A stretch of 45,927 nucleotides of DNA from Patescibacteria group bacterium (GCA_018970465.1 JAGWWI010000004.1:1-45927); one strand, 5' to 3'. Positions 26,341 to 36,352 are shown, numbered from the stretch's first letter. The notes: generated by a model not told the origin, from the letters alone. Numbers and translations: made by a program.

Positions 26341-27605
26341 GTCGTGTGGTCGCGCCCGCCGAGCTTCACGCCGATTGTCGGATACGAAATGCTGAAATCC
26401 TCGCGCAATAGGTACATGATGATCTGACGCGGCCGCACCACTTCCCGCCGCCGCGTCTTCTCGTAGATACTGTCTTCGTCTATGCCGTAGAATTGCGCGA
26501 CCTTGTTCACTACATGCTTCACCGACACCGCTTTCTGCGGCCGCGCGAATGAGCGGAGCGCTTGGCGCACCTCTGCGATATCCGGCGCGCCGCCCTTGAC
26601 TTGGGCATAACAGACGATGCTATTGACCATACCCTCGAGCTCGCGGATCGAACCGGTCGAGGAGGTGGCAACGTATTCGATCACCTCGTCCGGAAGAGTG
26701 AGCTGGTGGAGCGCGGACTTCTTACGCACAATCGCCATCCGCGACTCAGCGTCCGGCTCGCTGATGTCGATCGTCATACCGCTCGCGAGCCGTCCAGCGA
26801 GGCGGTCGGCGATATCACTGATCGCGATAGGCGCGCGGTCGGAGGAGAAGATGATCTGCTTATTGGTGTCATGGAGGAAGTTGAAGAGGTGGAACAATTC
26901 CTCCTGCGTCTTGTCCTTCTTCGAGAGGAACTGCACGTCGTCCATGATGAGGAGGTCGTACTGGCGATACTTATCCTTGAAGCGGTTCGCCGTGCCGGCC
27001 TGGACGGCGTCGGTATAGTCGATCGCGAACTTCTCGGAGGTCAGGTAGAAGACCTTACGGCCCGGGAATTGCTTCTTGAATTGGTTGCCGATCGCCTGGA
27101 TGAGATGGGTCTTCCCTCTTCCGGTCTCGCCGTAGATAAAAAGCGGGTTATAGGTGATCCCGGGGCGCGCGAGCGCGGCCTGCGCGGCCGCATGCGCGAG
27201 CTCGTTGAAGGCGCCCACGACGAACGTATCGAAGGTATAACGCGGATTCAGATTATCCGATTTGTTGATGTAGAAATCATCAAGCGGGAGCTCAAGAGCG
27301 CCGCGCTCCGGCTTCATGACCGGCGGACGGACGGGCTTCTTGCGGTCGTCCTTCACGATCATATACTCGATATTGCGGAATTCATACGAAACAGAGCGAA
27401 GAATCTTCAAGAGAAGCGTGTGGAACTTCTTCATATACCAGTCCTTGAAGAACTGGCTCGGCACGCCGATGTATACGATCCCATCCTCGATCCGTACGAT
27501 CGAAGAGTCGCGGAACCAGGTATTGAAGTTCGCCGGAGAGACGGACAGTTCGACCTGTGTGAGCATATACTCCCAAAGCTCACGCGGAGAATCCTGTACC
27601 GGCAT
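26247..27605 (-). CDS. dnaA: Chromosomal replication initiator DnaA
   Basis: YTFDTFVVG, YNPLFIYGETGRGKTHL, DDVQFL, QEELFHLFN, RELEG, GGRDHTTVIHS. Confidence 0.98.
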   Translation of the reverse strand: MPVQDSPRELWEYMLTQVELSVSPANFNTWFRDSSIVRIEDGIVYIGVPSQFFKDWYMKKFHTLLLKILRSVSYEFRNIEYMIVKDDRKKPVRPPVMKPERGALELPLDDFYINKSDNLNPRYTFDTFVVGAFNELAHAAAQAALARPGITYNPLFIYGETGRGKTHLIQAIGNQFKKQFPGRKVFYLTSEKFAIDYTDAVQAGTANRFKDKYRQYDLLIMDDVQFLSKKDKTQEELFHLFNFLHDTNKQIIFSSDRAPIAISDIADRLAGRLASGMTIDISEPDAESRMAIVRKKSALHQLTLPDEVIEYVATSSTGSIRELEGMVNSIVCYAQVKGGAPDIAEVRQALRSFARPQKAVSVKHVVNKVAQFYGIDEDSIYEKTRRREVVRPRQIIMYLLREDFSISYPTIGVKLGGRDHTTVIHSCEKIKREVSVDNELSKEIQNIRALLV

Positions 27606-27674
27606 TGAACGCTAGTATACGCGAGCTACGGGAGCCGGAAAGAGTGGCGCCGAAGCAGAAATCTGGTACTATCC

Positions 27675-27683
27675 TGTGTATAA
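27675..27683 (-). promoter_or_regulatory. Perfect DnaA box in the dnaA/rpmH divergent promoter region
   Basis: TGTGTATAA = TTATACACA on the minus strand, next to TACTAT (27667-27672). Confidence 0.7.
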
Positions 27684-27699
27684 CCCCTGAGAGACCTCT

Positions 27700-27840
27700 A
27701 TGTCGACGAAACGGACCTACCAACCCAAGAAGCGCAAGCGCGCGAAGACCCACGGCTTCCTCGCCCGCACGGCGACCGCCCGCGGCAAGCGCGTGATCCT
27801 CGCCCGCCGCCGCAAGGGCCGCGCGAAGCTCGCCGTCTAA
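27700..27840 (+). CDS. rpmH: 50S ribosomal protein L34
   Basis: [46 protein letters not shown]. Confidence 0.97.
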   Translation: MSTKRTYQPKKRKRAKTHGFLARTATARGKRVILARRRKGRAKLAV

Positions 27841-27842
27841 GC

Positions 27843-28160
27843 ATGTTCCCCCGCCGGGAACGCCTGCCAAGAGCAGCTTTCCCGCCGGGTGGAGGGGCCC
27901 GACGGCTCTCGAGCGAGCATATAAGCGCTATAACAGCGCCCCAAGGAAGGGGGATTGCCGTCGTTATCTCTAAAAAAACCCTGCGGCGAGCCGTCGATCG
28001 GCACCTTTTGAAGCGCCGAATCCTTGGGGCGCTTCGCCGCCCGCCCGCCCTGAAGCGCCCGAGCGCGCTCGTGCTCTATCCGCGCGCCTCGGCGCTCACG
28101 CTCGCCCCCGCAGAACTGCGCGCTGAGCTCGCCGCCCTCCTCTCAAAATGCGCTGGATAG
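27843..28160 (+). CDS. rnpA: RNase P protein component
   Basis: Follows rpmH; VVISKK...AVDRHLLKRR (RNR-motif variant). Confidence 0.9.
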   Translation: MFPRRERLPRAAFPPGGGARRLSSEHISAITAPQGRGIAVVISKKTLRRAVDRHLLKRRILGALRRPPALKRPSALVLYPRASALTLAPAELRAELAALLSKCAG

Positions 28161-28177
28161 CGTAGAATAGCCCTATC

Positions 28178-28909
28178 GTGCTCTCCGCCTTCTTCCACGT
28201 CGTCTTCTATAACCCCATCTATAACGCGCTTGTGGCGCTCGTCGCCCTCGTCCCGGGCGGAGATGTGGGCGTCGCGGTCATCCTCACCACGATCCTTATC
28301 CGCCTCATCCTGCTTCCCTTCTCGCTCTCGGCTGCACGGGCCGGTCGCGCGATGAAGGCCCTCGAGCCGCGTCTCAAGGAGCTGAAGGAGAAGCATAAGG
28401 ACGACAAGGAGGCTGAGGCGCTCGCCACCTGGGCCTTGTACCGGGAGGCGCGGGTGAATCCGTTCGCCGGCTTCCTCACCGTCCTCGTCCAGCTCCCCGT
28501 CCTTCTCGCCCTCTATTGGGTATTTCGCTACGAGCCGTTCACGATGATCGACTCGGCCCGTCTCTATACCTTCACCCCCGTGCCGGCGCACGCGTCGATG
28601 GAGTTCATCGGGCTCCTTTCGGTCGCGGGCAAGAGCGTTCTCCTCGCGGTCCTCGCCGGGGCGACGCAGTTCCTCCAGGCGCACTTCGCGCTCTCTAATG
28701 CGACGCCGGCCGCCTCCGGCGGGCAGGCGGACTTCCAGAAGGTGATGGGAACGCAGATGAAGTACGTCTTCCCGGTCCTGATCGGAGTCATTTCATACAC
28801 GACGTCGGGTGCGGTGGCACTCTACTTCATCACCACGAACCTCGCGGGCGCCTTGCAGGAGTGGCACGTCCGGCGCAAATTCGCCCTCCCGGCGGATCAG
28901 AGCGCGTAG
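28178..28909 (+). CDS. yidC: YidC/Oxa1 membrane insertase (no periplasmic domain)
   Basis: GVAVILTTILIRLILLP, NPFAGFL..LVQLP, ALYFITTN; rpmH-rnpA-yidC order. Confidence 0.93.
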   Translation: MLSAFFHVVFYNPIYNALVALVALVPGGDVGVAVILTTILIRLILLPFSLSAARAGRAMKALEPRLKELKEKHKDDKEAEALATWALYREARVNPFAGFLTVLVQLPVLLALYWVFRYEPFTMIDSARLYTFTPVPAHASMEFIGLLSVAGKSVLLAVLAGATQFLQAHFALSNATPAASGGQADFQKVMGTQMKYVFPVLIGVISYTTSGAVALYFITTNLAGALQEWHVRRKFALPADQSA

Positions 28910-30147
28910 CTCCAGAGCGAACCGCCGTTCTTATTGATAAAGACGAGCGTCGAGCCCGTCGAGTCGAGCGTAAGCGACTCAGCGTCGAGAGAGCCCATCG
29001 ACGCCACGCTCGACGGGTCGAACGCAAGCTGCGCGAAGCGCCCGGCAACGTCTATCTTCCAGATCCGGTCGCTGAAGTGCACGGCGCCCTGGTACCAGTC
29101 GTCCGGGTAGTTGTAGCTCGTCGAGGGTTCGACCGGGATGCCGCAGTAGATCGCGGAGTCGTCCGCGCTCCAGGCGCATTTGTCGGCGATGGTCGCAACC
29201 GGGAGCGCAGTCAGCGCGCGAGTCGAGACATCGAGGATAGAGAGCTGCATCACGCCCGCATTCGCGCTCGAGATAAGCACCCTGTCGCCCTTGTGGTCGG
29301 GGAGCGCGACGAGGCCGGGCAGAGGGCCAGCGACGCGCGTGAAGCGGCCTGCGGCGGAGACAAGGAAGAGATCGCCGAGAATCGACTGCGACGGCTTGGT
29401 GAAGGCGAAGTAGGAGCCGTTACCACCGAAGGCGATGCGGAGCATCGAGAGCGGCGAAGACCAGACAGCCTTCTGGCCGGAGCCGTCCGGCTTCGCGAGG
29501 GTTGCGACCGAGCCGGTCGCGCCGGAGGCGAGCATGAGGACGGAGGTCGACGAGACGGCGAGGTCGGAGAGCCCTTGCGGGAGGAAGAAGCCGCGCGAGC
29601 CATCCGCGGCGAGGGCGTAGGTATTCGCGGTCGAGAGGTCGTCTGAGAGATAGGTCGCGAACGCTACCCGGCCCGAGGGGAGCCAATCGGCGCGCAGGAT
29701 GCCAGGCACCGTCTTGTTGCTCGTCCTTGTGAGGGTGCCCGCGCCAAGGAGGTAGGAGAAGATGTTGCCGCTTGCCCGCTCGACGAACTCCACTGCCGTA
29801 TCCGTGCCCGCGCCAACGCTTGTCGACGAGGCGGCCAGCGTCGAGCTCCCCGAAGCTACCGAGCTCACGACAGGCACGAGAGCGACGCCCGGCACGATCG
29901 GGCCGACCGCGATCTTGGTGAGGCGATCCGAGACCTTCACCACCTGTAACGCCGCAGCGCTCTCGGTGATCGAGAGGCTCGACTGCCCCGCGCCCGCAGG
30001 CGCCTGCCCCGCGGCGGGCAAGGTCGCGCTCGTCGCGGGTGGCGTGACAACGAGCGCCGGCCCGCCCGAGAAATATTTCCAGTAGACGAATCCTCCGATG
30101 CCGAGGAGGACGACGAGAACGGAGATAATGATCAATAGGCGTCGCAT
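28897..30147 (-). CDS. Membrane-anchored extracellular protein, probably beta-propeller-like
   Basis: N-terminal TM, low-complexity linker, beta-rich repeats (KCAWS, YPDDWYQG, FSDRIWKID, FINK..GSLWSY). Confidence 0.7.
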   Translation of the reverse strand: MRRLLIIISVLVVLLGIGGFVYWKYFSGGPALVVTPPATSATLPAAGQAPAGAGQSSLSITESAAALQVVKVSDRLTKIAVGPIVPGVALVPVVSSVASGSSTLAASSTSVGAGTDTAVEFVERASGNIFSYLLGAGTLTRTSNKTVPGILRADWLPSGRVAFATYLSDDLSTANTYALAADGSRGFFLPQGLSDLAVSSTSVLMLASGATGSVATLAKPDGSGQKAVWSSPLSMLRIAFGGNGSYFAFTKPSQSILGDLFLVSAAGRFTRVAGPLPGLVALPDHKGDRVLISSANAGVMQLSILDVSTRALTALPVATIADKCAWSADDSAIYCGIPVEPSTSYNYPDDWYQGAVHFSDRIWKIDVAGRFAQLAFDPSSVASMGSLDAESLTLDSTGSTLVFINKNGGSLWSYAL

Positions 30148-30148
30148 A

Positions 30149-31282
30149 TTAGTACGGACCCGCTCCTTCATAGCAGCGATACACATCGCCGGGCTTGCAT
30201 TGTCCGGCTGCGGCCCCGGCTGCACCAGGATCGTACGTGAACGTTCCCGCAGTATTCAAGCAGCTGCTGGCAGTAGGATTGGGGCAGGCCGTTATTTGGT
30301 TCGCACAACCATCGCTCCCGCAAACGCTAGTGTTCGTGTTCCCGCCGCTAGGTGTGGTCTGCGAGCCCAGTTGCACCTGAATTGGCGCCGAACCATTCTG
30401 CCACGGCGTTTGGAGCGCGGGGAAATTGACGTCGAGGTTCAAGATCGCAGGATTGATGATGGCGAAGACGACCGCAGGGGCGAGGACGAGAACGAGGCCG
30501 TAGAGGGCGTTCTGGATCCGGCGCTTCCCTTCCGACTTCTTGGTGATCTCCGCGCTCGAGAGGGCGTACTCGATGCCGCCCCAGACGATCATGAGGACGG
30601 CGAGCGTGACGGCGATGCCGATCGCGAAGACGTAGAGGTTATTGAGGAAGTACGCGATACCCTGTGTGTTCGTCGGGATACTTTGGATGCAACGACCGGA
30701 GTTCGCGTCGATCGACAGGCAGTCGAGCCCCGGGACAGGCGCGATCGGGACGAAGCTTGTGTCTGTGGGCACAGTCGGGGCGGTGACTGTAGGAGGAGTG
30801 GGGGTGGTCCCGGTCGACCCGGTTCCTCCTGCCGAGCCCGAGAGGGTGGCGTTTGCTTGGGCGACAGCATTTGCGGATGGCGCCCCTGGCGGCAAGTGAC
30901 CGACGTCAATAACGGCCACTTTCGCGTCGATGGGATCCAGAAATTCATACTCGGTCTGGAGCGTGGTTACTGCATCGTTGTTATAGCCAGAGCAGCCGCT
31001 CAAACTCGGAGACGCGGCGCAGAGGCCGTATGCGTGGAGCCCCGTAACATAGAGCGAAGCCCTCTGGGAACAAGTGGAGGGATCATAGCCGGCAGCGGTG
31101 CATGTCGTGACGAACGCGCTGCAGTTGGCTTGCAGAGAGCTGTCTACCGTTGAGCAGTCGTTCGTTTGCGCCCGAGATACGGATGGCGCAAGCAGTGCGC
31201 CGCCGAGAGCGAAACAAAGCGCAAGAAGGAGCGCCGCGGTGTGCGGCAGACCGTTTTTCATGCGGACAGGTTTTGAAGTCAT
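30149..31282 (-). CDS. TrbC/VirB2-like T4SS pilin domain protein with Cys-rich extensions
   Basis: Core FLNNLYVFAIGIAVTLAVLMIVWGGIEY...GKRRIQNALYGLVLVL..FAIINPAIL; signal peptide; ATGA overlap with the upstream gene. Confidence 0.8.
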   Translation of the reverse strand: MTSKPVRMKNGLPHTAALLLALCFALGGALLAPSVSRAQTNDCSTVDSSLQANCSAFVTTCTAAGYDPSTCSQRASLYVTGLHAYGLCAASPSLSGCSGYNNDAVTTLQTEYEFLDPIDAKVAVIDVGHLPPGAPSANAVAQANATLSGSAGGTGSTGTTPTPPTVTAPTVPTDTSFVPIAPVPGLDCLSIDANSGRCIQSIPTNTQGIAYFLNNLYVFAIGIAVTLAVLMIVWGGIEYALSSAEITKKSEGKRRIQNALYGLVLVLAPAVVFAIINPAILNLDVNFPALQTPWQNGSAPIQVQLGSQTTPSGGNTNTSVCGSDGCANQITACPNPTASSCLNTAGTFTYDPGAAGAAAGQCKPGDVYRCYEGAGPY

Positions 31283-32016
31283 AAGCCGAAGAAGCCCCCG
31301 CCGCCCGCGGAGCCGAAGGAGACGGTGAGCGAGTCGGAGGCCGCGGGTGCGTCGATAGACCCTTTCGAGGCGGCGGTTACCGAGACGGTCGCCGTGCCCG
31401 CGCCCTGCCCCGTCGGCCGGAGCGTGATGAGATTCCCTGTCTGGCTCAAGGCGCCGCCGACGAACCACGAGAGCGCGGGCGCCCCGAGCGCAGTCGGGAA
31501 GGCATAAGGCGCAGCGTAGAGGGTCGCCTCGCTCCCCGCGAGGCTGAAGGTATCGGGGAGCGCAGCGTCGAAGCGGACGCCCATCAGAGGGTCGCGGTCG
31601 TAGATGCGCACGATAGGCTCCGCGGCGGCGAGATCGACGGATGCGTTCGCCGAGAGCGCGCCGTCAGCGCTCGTGACGCTCACGGTCACGGTGCTTGTGC
31701 GATATTCGAGCGGCGCATCGGCGATAAGGACGCGCTTGCCGACCCCTTCGCTCGCGAGCTGCTCCACGCCGTCGACATTCCAGGCATAGGAGAGGCTCGC
31801 CGGGTCGATCGCCTTGCCGGAGGCGCCGGTGAAGTCTGCGAGCGCGACGACGCGCGCCGACCCGCCAAGCGGGACCACAGGCTTCCCGGGGTAGAGAGGC
31901 GGCGCCGAGGAGAGCGGCTCGACGACGAGCGTGACGTCCGCAGAGCCCGCCGCGAGTGCGAAAGCGGGCGCGAGGAGAATCGCCGCAGCAAGCGTGGCTC
32001 GGAGCGCGTAGCGCAT
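31279..32016 (-). CDS. Secreted Ig/PKD-like beta-sandwich protein
   Basis: Signal peptide ending AFALA; two YxW/LSW beta-sandwich-like units. Confidence 0.7.
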   Translation of the reverse strand: MRYALRATLAAAILLAPAFALAAGSADVTLVVEPLSSAPPLYPGKPVVPLGGSARVVALADFTGASGKAIDPASLSYAWNVDGVEQLASEGVGKRVLIADAPLEYRTSTVTVSVTSADGALSANASVDLAAAEPIVRIYDRDPLMGVRFDAALPDTFSLAGSEATLYAAPYAFPTALGAPALSWFVGGALSQTGNLITLRPTGQGAGTATVSVTAASKGSIDAPAASDSLTVSFGSAGGGGFFGL

Positions 32017-32045
32017 GCGCCAAGTATAGCTCGGCGCCCCTGATT

Positions 32046-32801
32046 CTACGCGGCCACCGAAAGCTCCTGGGGGATTGCGTTGTCATTCGCCGCCACAAGA
32101 GTTTCGTTATCGTTGGCAGCCTGTTCCCGCATCTGCTCGGAATAACCTTGTTGTTCAATGGCGATTCGCCGTTCAGCGATTTCGTCCTCGAGCGCGACGC
32201 GGGCGGCCTCCTGGGCCTCCGTGACGCGTAGCTGCCACGCGGCGTAGGCTGCGCGCTCGCGCTTGATCTGCGCGCGCAGAAGGATGGCTGTCGCGGCGAC
32301 GATGCTCGGTATCGTCCCGATGAGCGGGATCTCTGCGACGATGAGAGCGGCGCCGAACCAGAGCGTTGCCCGAATGTCTTCTTTGAAGAGGCGCAGGTCG
32401 ACCTTGAGCAATATGAGCCCGACCACGAGCCAGCCCAACAAGCCGATCGGCTCGGCGATACCCATGCCGAGCACCTCGAGCGCCTCTCCGCCGAAGAAGG
32501 CGGAGGCAGCCGCGACGCCCGCGCCGAACAATGAACCGATGAAGCTCCCGAGATAGCCCGCGAGCCAGGTGCCCGCGGCCGTGCCGATGAGCGCAGGGCC
32601 CGTGAACCCGAACCACTCGAAGAGCGCCTGGAGCACCCAGAATACGCCAGCAATCGCGATGATCGGGAGCGCTATCGCCCACGTCATCCGGCGCGGCGCG
32701 GGCCCCGGGTCGGGGGGCATCGGCTCGCGCGAGGCGCGCGCCATCCGGTCGGCCGTGTCTAACCGCGGCTCGTAGAGGAACCTACTGCGGCGCTCCGGCA
32801 T
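32046..32801 (-). CDS. Multi-pass membrane protein with C-terminal coiled coil
   Basis: Several Gly/Ala-rich hydrophobic segments; overlaps the VirB4-like gene end. Confidence 0.7.
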   Translation of the reverse strand: MPERRSRFLYEPRLDTADRMARASREPMPPDPGPAPRRMTWAIALPIIAIAGVFWVLQALFEWFGFTGPALIGTAAGTWLAGYLGSFIGSLFGAGVAAASAFFGGEALEVLGMGIAEPIGLLGWLVVGLILLKVDLRLFKEDIRATLWFGAALIVAEIPLIGTIPSIVAATAILLRAQIKRERAAYAAWQLRVTEAQEAARVALEDEIAERRIAIEQQGYSEQMREQAANDNETLVAANDNAIPQELSVAA

Positions 32802-34599
32802 GGCGTTCCTTCTCCGCCTTGATCGCGAGGAGCTGCGACGGGTCGGAGGTGATGATCTGGTCCTCGGTGTAGGAGGCGACGACCTTGATCGCGACGTGCT
32901 TCAAGCCCGCGAAGAAGAGCCCCTCCCCCACCCCGGCCTCGAGGAGGAGGTACTTCTCCTCGTCGGTTAGGTTGAAGGTCTTCTGGAGGACGTCGATGTC
33001 GGTGGGCGACTGCTTCATGAGGAGCTGGAGCGAGGAGTTCGTGAGGATTGGCCGGCCGTAGGCGCTCCCGAGGAAGTCGGAGACGTCCTGCGTGATCGTC
33101 GCGACGCCGAGGAAGTATTTGCGCCCGCGCTTCGCGATCGAATAGAGGAAGGAGGCGGTGTCCTCGCTCTTCATCATCCACCACGCCTCGTCGATGACGA
33201 GGAGGCGCTTCTTGAGCTCGTGGCGGATCGCGTTCCAGATGTGGTGGGTCACGATGTACATCGCTATGGGCTTCAGCTCGTCCTCCATATCGCGGATCGA
33301 GAGCACGATGAACTGCTGGTCGATCTTGATATTGGTCGGCTGATTGAGGAAGCCGGCCCACGTCCCGCGCGTGTACTTCGAGAGGCGCTCGACCAGGGAC
33401 GCGGAGCCCTCCATCCCCGAAAGGACGTTCTCGAAGTCGGAGAGCAAAGGCGGCTCGGCGTTCGTGAAGTCCGCCTCACCCGTGATGTCCTTCAATGCGT
33501 AGGTCTCGGTGATCGCGCGGTCGACGATCGCGTCCTCCTCGGGCGATAGGCCGCCGAGCATGATGCGGAAGAGCCCGACCAAGTTGATGATGTTCCCCCG
33601 CAGGATGTCCTTCGGGTTCTCGTCCTCCTTCACGGGCGGCAGGTCGAACGGGTTGATGTGGTGCTCCGAGGAGAGCGAGATGTGGAAGGAGCGCCCGCCG
33701 GTCGCCTCCGCGAGCTGCTCGTATTCGCGCTCCGGATCGATCACGATCACGTCCGCGCCGAACATGAGAGAGCGCAGGATCTCGAGCTTGGCCGCGTAGC
33801 TCTTCCCCGAGCCGGATTTCGCGAAGACGACGGAGTTGTAGTTCTCGAGCGAGAAGCGATCGAAGAGGATCAGGGACGCGTTGTGCCGGTTGATACCGTA
33901 GAGGATGCCGCGGTCGGAGGTGAGGTCGAAGGAGACGAAGGGGAAGATCGAAGAGAGGGGTGAGGAATTCAATTTGCTATTCACCAGGAGCTCGTCGGTA
34001 CCCAGGGGGAGGCACGAGCGATAGCCCTGCTCCTGCTCAAAGAGGGCCGGCTTCGTATAGACGAGTTTGGCGTCGAGGATCGAGCGGATCTCGCCCTCGG
34101 TGCGGTCGATCTCCTCTGCGCTCTCTCCGTAGAGCGAGAGGTAGAGCCCGACATCGAAGAGCTTCTCCTCCGCCTGCTGGAGAGAGTCGCGCAGATTCTC
34201 GATGTTCTGGTACCCCGCGTCGAGGACCGGGTCGCGCACGAGCCCGCGGCTCTCCCGCTCGCTGATCTGGCTCGCGACCTCAGCGACCTTCTTCTGGAGC
34301 GTGCGGAGCGCTTGTTCGGTCGCGATGGGGTGGATGAAGATCGATATATCGAGCACCTTGTCGAGATTGATGACAGGCGCGAACCAGCCGTCGGCGAGGA
34401 AGCGTGGGTACGAAATCGTGTAGAACGCGCGGGCGATCTTCTCCCCGAGCGTGATATCGCGCGAGCCGACCTTGAGGGCCGCAGGGGCGATCGTGTCGAG
34501 GAGGTCGAGGGTTCCGGCCTTGTAGATATCCGCAGGGAGTACCGGCGCGATCGCGGGCGCGTCCTCTTGCTTGCGATGGAAGAAGTCGAGAAGCGCCAT
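32782..34599 (-). CDS. VirB4/TraE-like T4SS ATPase
   Basis: YGIN...LFDRF, Walker A AKSGSGKS, VIDPEREY, INPFD, Walker B VIDEAW, RGRKY, TQD. Confidence 0.9.
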   Translation of the reverse strand: MALLDFFHRKQEDAPAIAPVLPADIYKAGTLDLLDTIAPAALKVGSRDITLGEKIARAFYTISYPRFLADGWFAPVINLDKVLDISIFIHPIATEQALRTLQKKVAEVASQISERESRGLVRDPVLDAGYQNIENLRDSLQQAEEKLFDVGLYLSLYGESAEEIDRTEGEIRSILDAKLVYTKPALFEQEQGYRSCLPLGTDELLVNSKLNSSPLSSIFPFVSFDLTSDRGILYGINRHNASLILFDRFSLENYNSVVFAKSGSGKSYAAKLEILRSLMFGADVIVIDPEREYEQLAEATGGRSFHISLSSEHHINPFDLPPVKEDENPKDILRGNIINLVGLFRIMLGGLSPEEDAIVDRAITETYALKDITGEADFTNAEPPLLSDFENVLSGMEGSASLVERLSKYTRGTWAGFLNQPTNIKIDQQFIVLSIRDMEDELKPIAMYIVTHHIWNAIRHELKKRLLVIDEAWWMMKSEDTASFLYSIAKRGRKYFLGVATITQDVSDFLGSAYGRPILTNSSLQLLMKQSPTDIDVLQKTFNLTDEEKYLLLEAGVGEGLFFAGLKHVAIKVVASYTEDQIITSDPSQLLAIKAEKERHAGAPQ

Positions 34600-34601
34600 A
34601 G

Positions 34602-35258
34602 CTAGCGTGGGGCGGCTGCCGCCGCGTCCGCGTCGAGACGGATCGGATTCTCGAGCTCGCCCGGGTTAAACGCGCGATAGAGGAGCTCGATGATCTCCTC
34701 GGTGCCAAGCGGGACGGCGCGCACGCCGGTGCCCGCGAGCCCCGCGGCGACAAGCGAGAGCCGCTCTTGGAGCTGGACGCGGCTCTCCTCGAAGTCTGTC
34801 TCGCCTCCGGCCGGAGCGCTCCGCCGGCTGAGGAGGCTCGCTGCCGTCGAGAGCGTCGGCCGGGGGGAATACGGGACGACGATGTAGAAGGACTTCGTCA
34901 TGATGTTCGTCGCCTCGGCGAAGGAGCGGATGAACTCGATATATTCGCGGAGCTGGAGCCGCAGGAGCTCGGTCTTCTGGAGAGGCGCCTTCTCCGCGAG
35001 GAGGGCGAGGTAGGGCCGGAGGTCCATCTTCCGCGAATTCACGACGATCTGGATCGAGAAGTCGAGCGTATTGAGGAAGTTCTGGAACCCTTCGGTGATC
35101 GCGCGCTGCTCGTCCGCGCTCTTAAGCGCGAAGTTGACCGAGGAGCACATCAGGATGCCGCGGTAGTCGCCGTCCTTCATGACGATGACGCCGTTCCTGA
35201 TCTCCCGGAGGGGGACGAAGGCTTGCGTCGGGCTTGCGGCGGGAGCGGTCATGGCCAT
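34602..35258 (-). CDS. VirB4-associated protein (TraC/VirB4 N-terminal-like)
   Basis: Located between PrgI and VirB4; SSVNFALKS..EQ, FQNFLNTLDFSIQI, FYIVVPY. Confidence 0.7.
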   Translation of the reverse strand: MAMTAPAASPTQAFVPLREIRNGVIVMKDGDYRGILMCSSVNFALKSADEQRAITEGFQNFLNTLDFSIQIVVNSRKMDLRPYLALLAEKAPLQKTELLRLQLREYIEFIRSFAEATNIMTKSFYIVVPYSPRPTLSTAASLLSRRSAPAGGETDFEESRVQLQERLSLVAAGLAGTGVRAVPLGTEEIIELLYRAFNPGELENPIRLDADAAAAAPR

Positions 35259-35262
35259 GGCG

Positions 35263-35685
35263 CTAGGATTCGAGCTCGCTGACAGACGGCTTCTTGACGT
35301 CGAGCGACCAGGCGAGCTCGGAGAGCTTGCCGCGGGAGAGCCTCGGGGCGGCCGCTACGGGCGCCTGCGGCTTGAGCTCAACCTTCTTGGCGGGGGCCAC
35401 CTTCGCATCCTCGTGCTTCCAGAGGAAGAGCTTCGACCGTACGGAGTAGTTGAAGCCCGCTTCGACCATCTCGATAAGCGGCTTGCCATTAATCCGATAG
35501 AACGCGAGCGCGCCCGCGCCGCCCGCGACGAGCGCCATCAAGGGGAGCGCGAGCCAGAGCGGAAGATAGAGGAAGAAGATGACGCAGAGCCCGGCGCCGC
35601 CCGCAAGATAGATGAACTGCCGCAAGGTCAGCGGCCCGACGATCTTGTCCTCGACCTCGATGAATTGCGGCACCTGATACTCCAT
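35263..35685 (-). CDS. PrgI family (VirB3-like) membrane protein
   Basis: YQVPQFIEVEDKIVGPLTLRQF, two TM helices, INGKP; TACGAT 7 nt before the ATG at 35685. Confidence 0.88.
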   Translation of the reverse strand: MEYQVPQFIEVEDKIVGPLTLRQFIYLAGGAGLCVIFFLYLPLWLALPLMALVAGGAGALAFYRINGKPLIEMVEAGFNYSVRSKLFLWKHEDAKVAPAKKVELKPQAPVAAAPRLSRGKLSELAWSLDVKKPSVSELES

Positions 35686-35716
35686 CGCATCCATCGTATC
35701 ACGATGAATGCGGTGG

Positions 35717-36352
35717 TTATGCGGAAACGCCAGTGAGAAGTGCGAAGAGGCGCGAGACGAGCGCGGAGAATGGTCCGGCGAGGAGATAGCTGAAGATAAT
35801 AAGGAAGAGGATGAGCGCAAGCATGCCCGACTGCGCCACCTGCATTTCGAACCGGCGCAGGCTCCGCGCAGCGTGCCACGGGAGGGCGGAGCGGAGCGCG
35901 GTGAATCCGTCTAACGGCGGGAACGGGATCAGGTTGAAGAGCCCCAAGAAGAGATTCACGAATGCGATCGTCGCAGCGACCGAGAGCGCAAGCGGCGAGA
36001 GGACCCCGGCGCCGAAGCGGACCAGGAGGCCGAAGACGATCGCGAGCGCGAGGTTGGTCGCGATGCCCGCGAGGGCGACCGCGGTCTCGCTCCAGCGGCC
36101 CCGCAGGTTGTCTGGGTTGTAAGGTACCGGCTTCGCCCACCCGAAGAAGATCGGCGAACCCGAAAGGACGAGGAGGCCGGGGATGAGGATGGAGCCGACG
36201 GGGTCGATATGCGGTAGCGGGTTCAGGGTGAGCCGCCCGGAGTAGCGGGCGGTGGGGTCTCCGAGCGCATCGGCGGCGTAGCCATGCGCCACCTCGTGGG
36301 CAATGATCGAGAGGATGAGGATCGCGAGCGACAGGGTGAGGCCAATCGTCAT
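35717..36352 (-). CDS. Site-2 (M50) intramembrane metalloprotease
   Basis: HEVAH, GRLTLNPLPHID, GWAKPVP, FNLIPFPPLDG. Confidence 0.93.
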   Translation of the reverse strand: MTIGLTLSLAILILSIIAHEVAHGYAADALGDPTARYSGRLTLNPLPHIDPVGSILIPGLLVLSGSPIFFGWAKPVPYNPDNLRGRWSETAVALAGIATNLALAIVFGLLVRFGAGVLSPLALSVAATIAFVNLFLGLFNLIPFPPLDGFTALRSALPWHAARSLRRFEMQVAQSGMLALILFLIIFSYLLAGPFSALVSRLFALLTGVSA

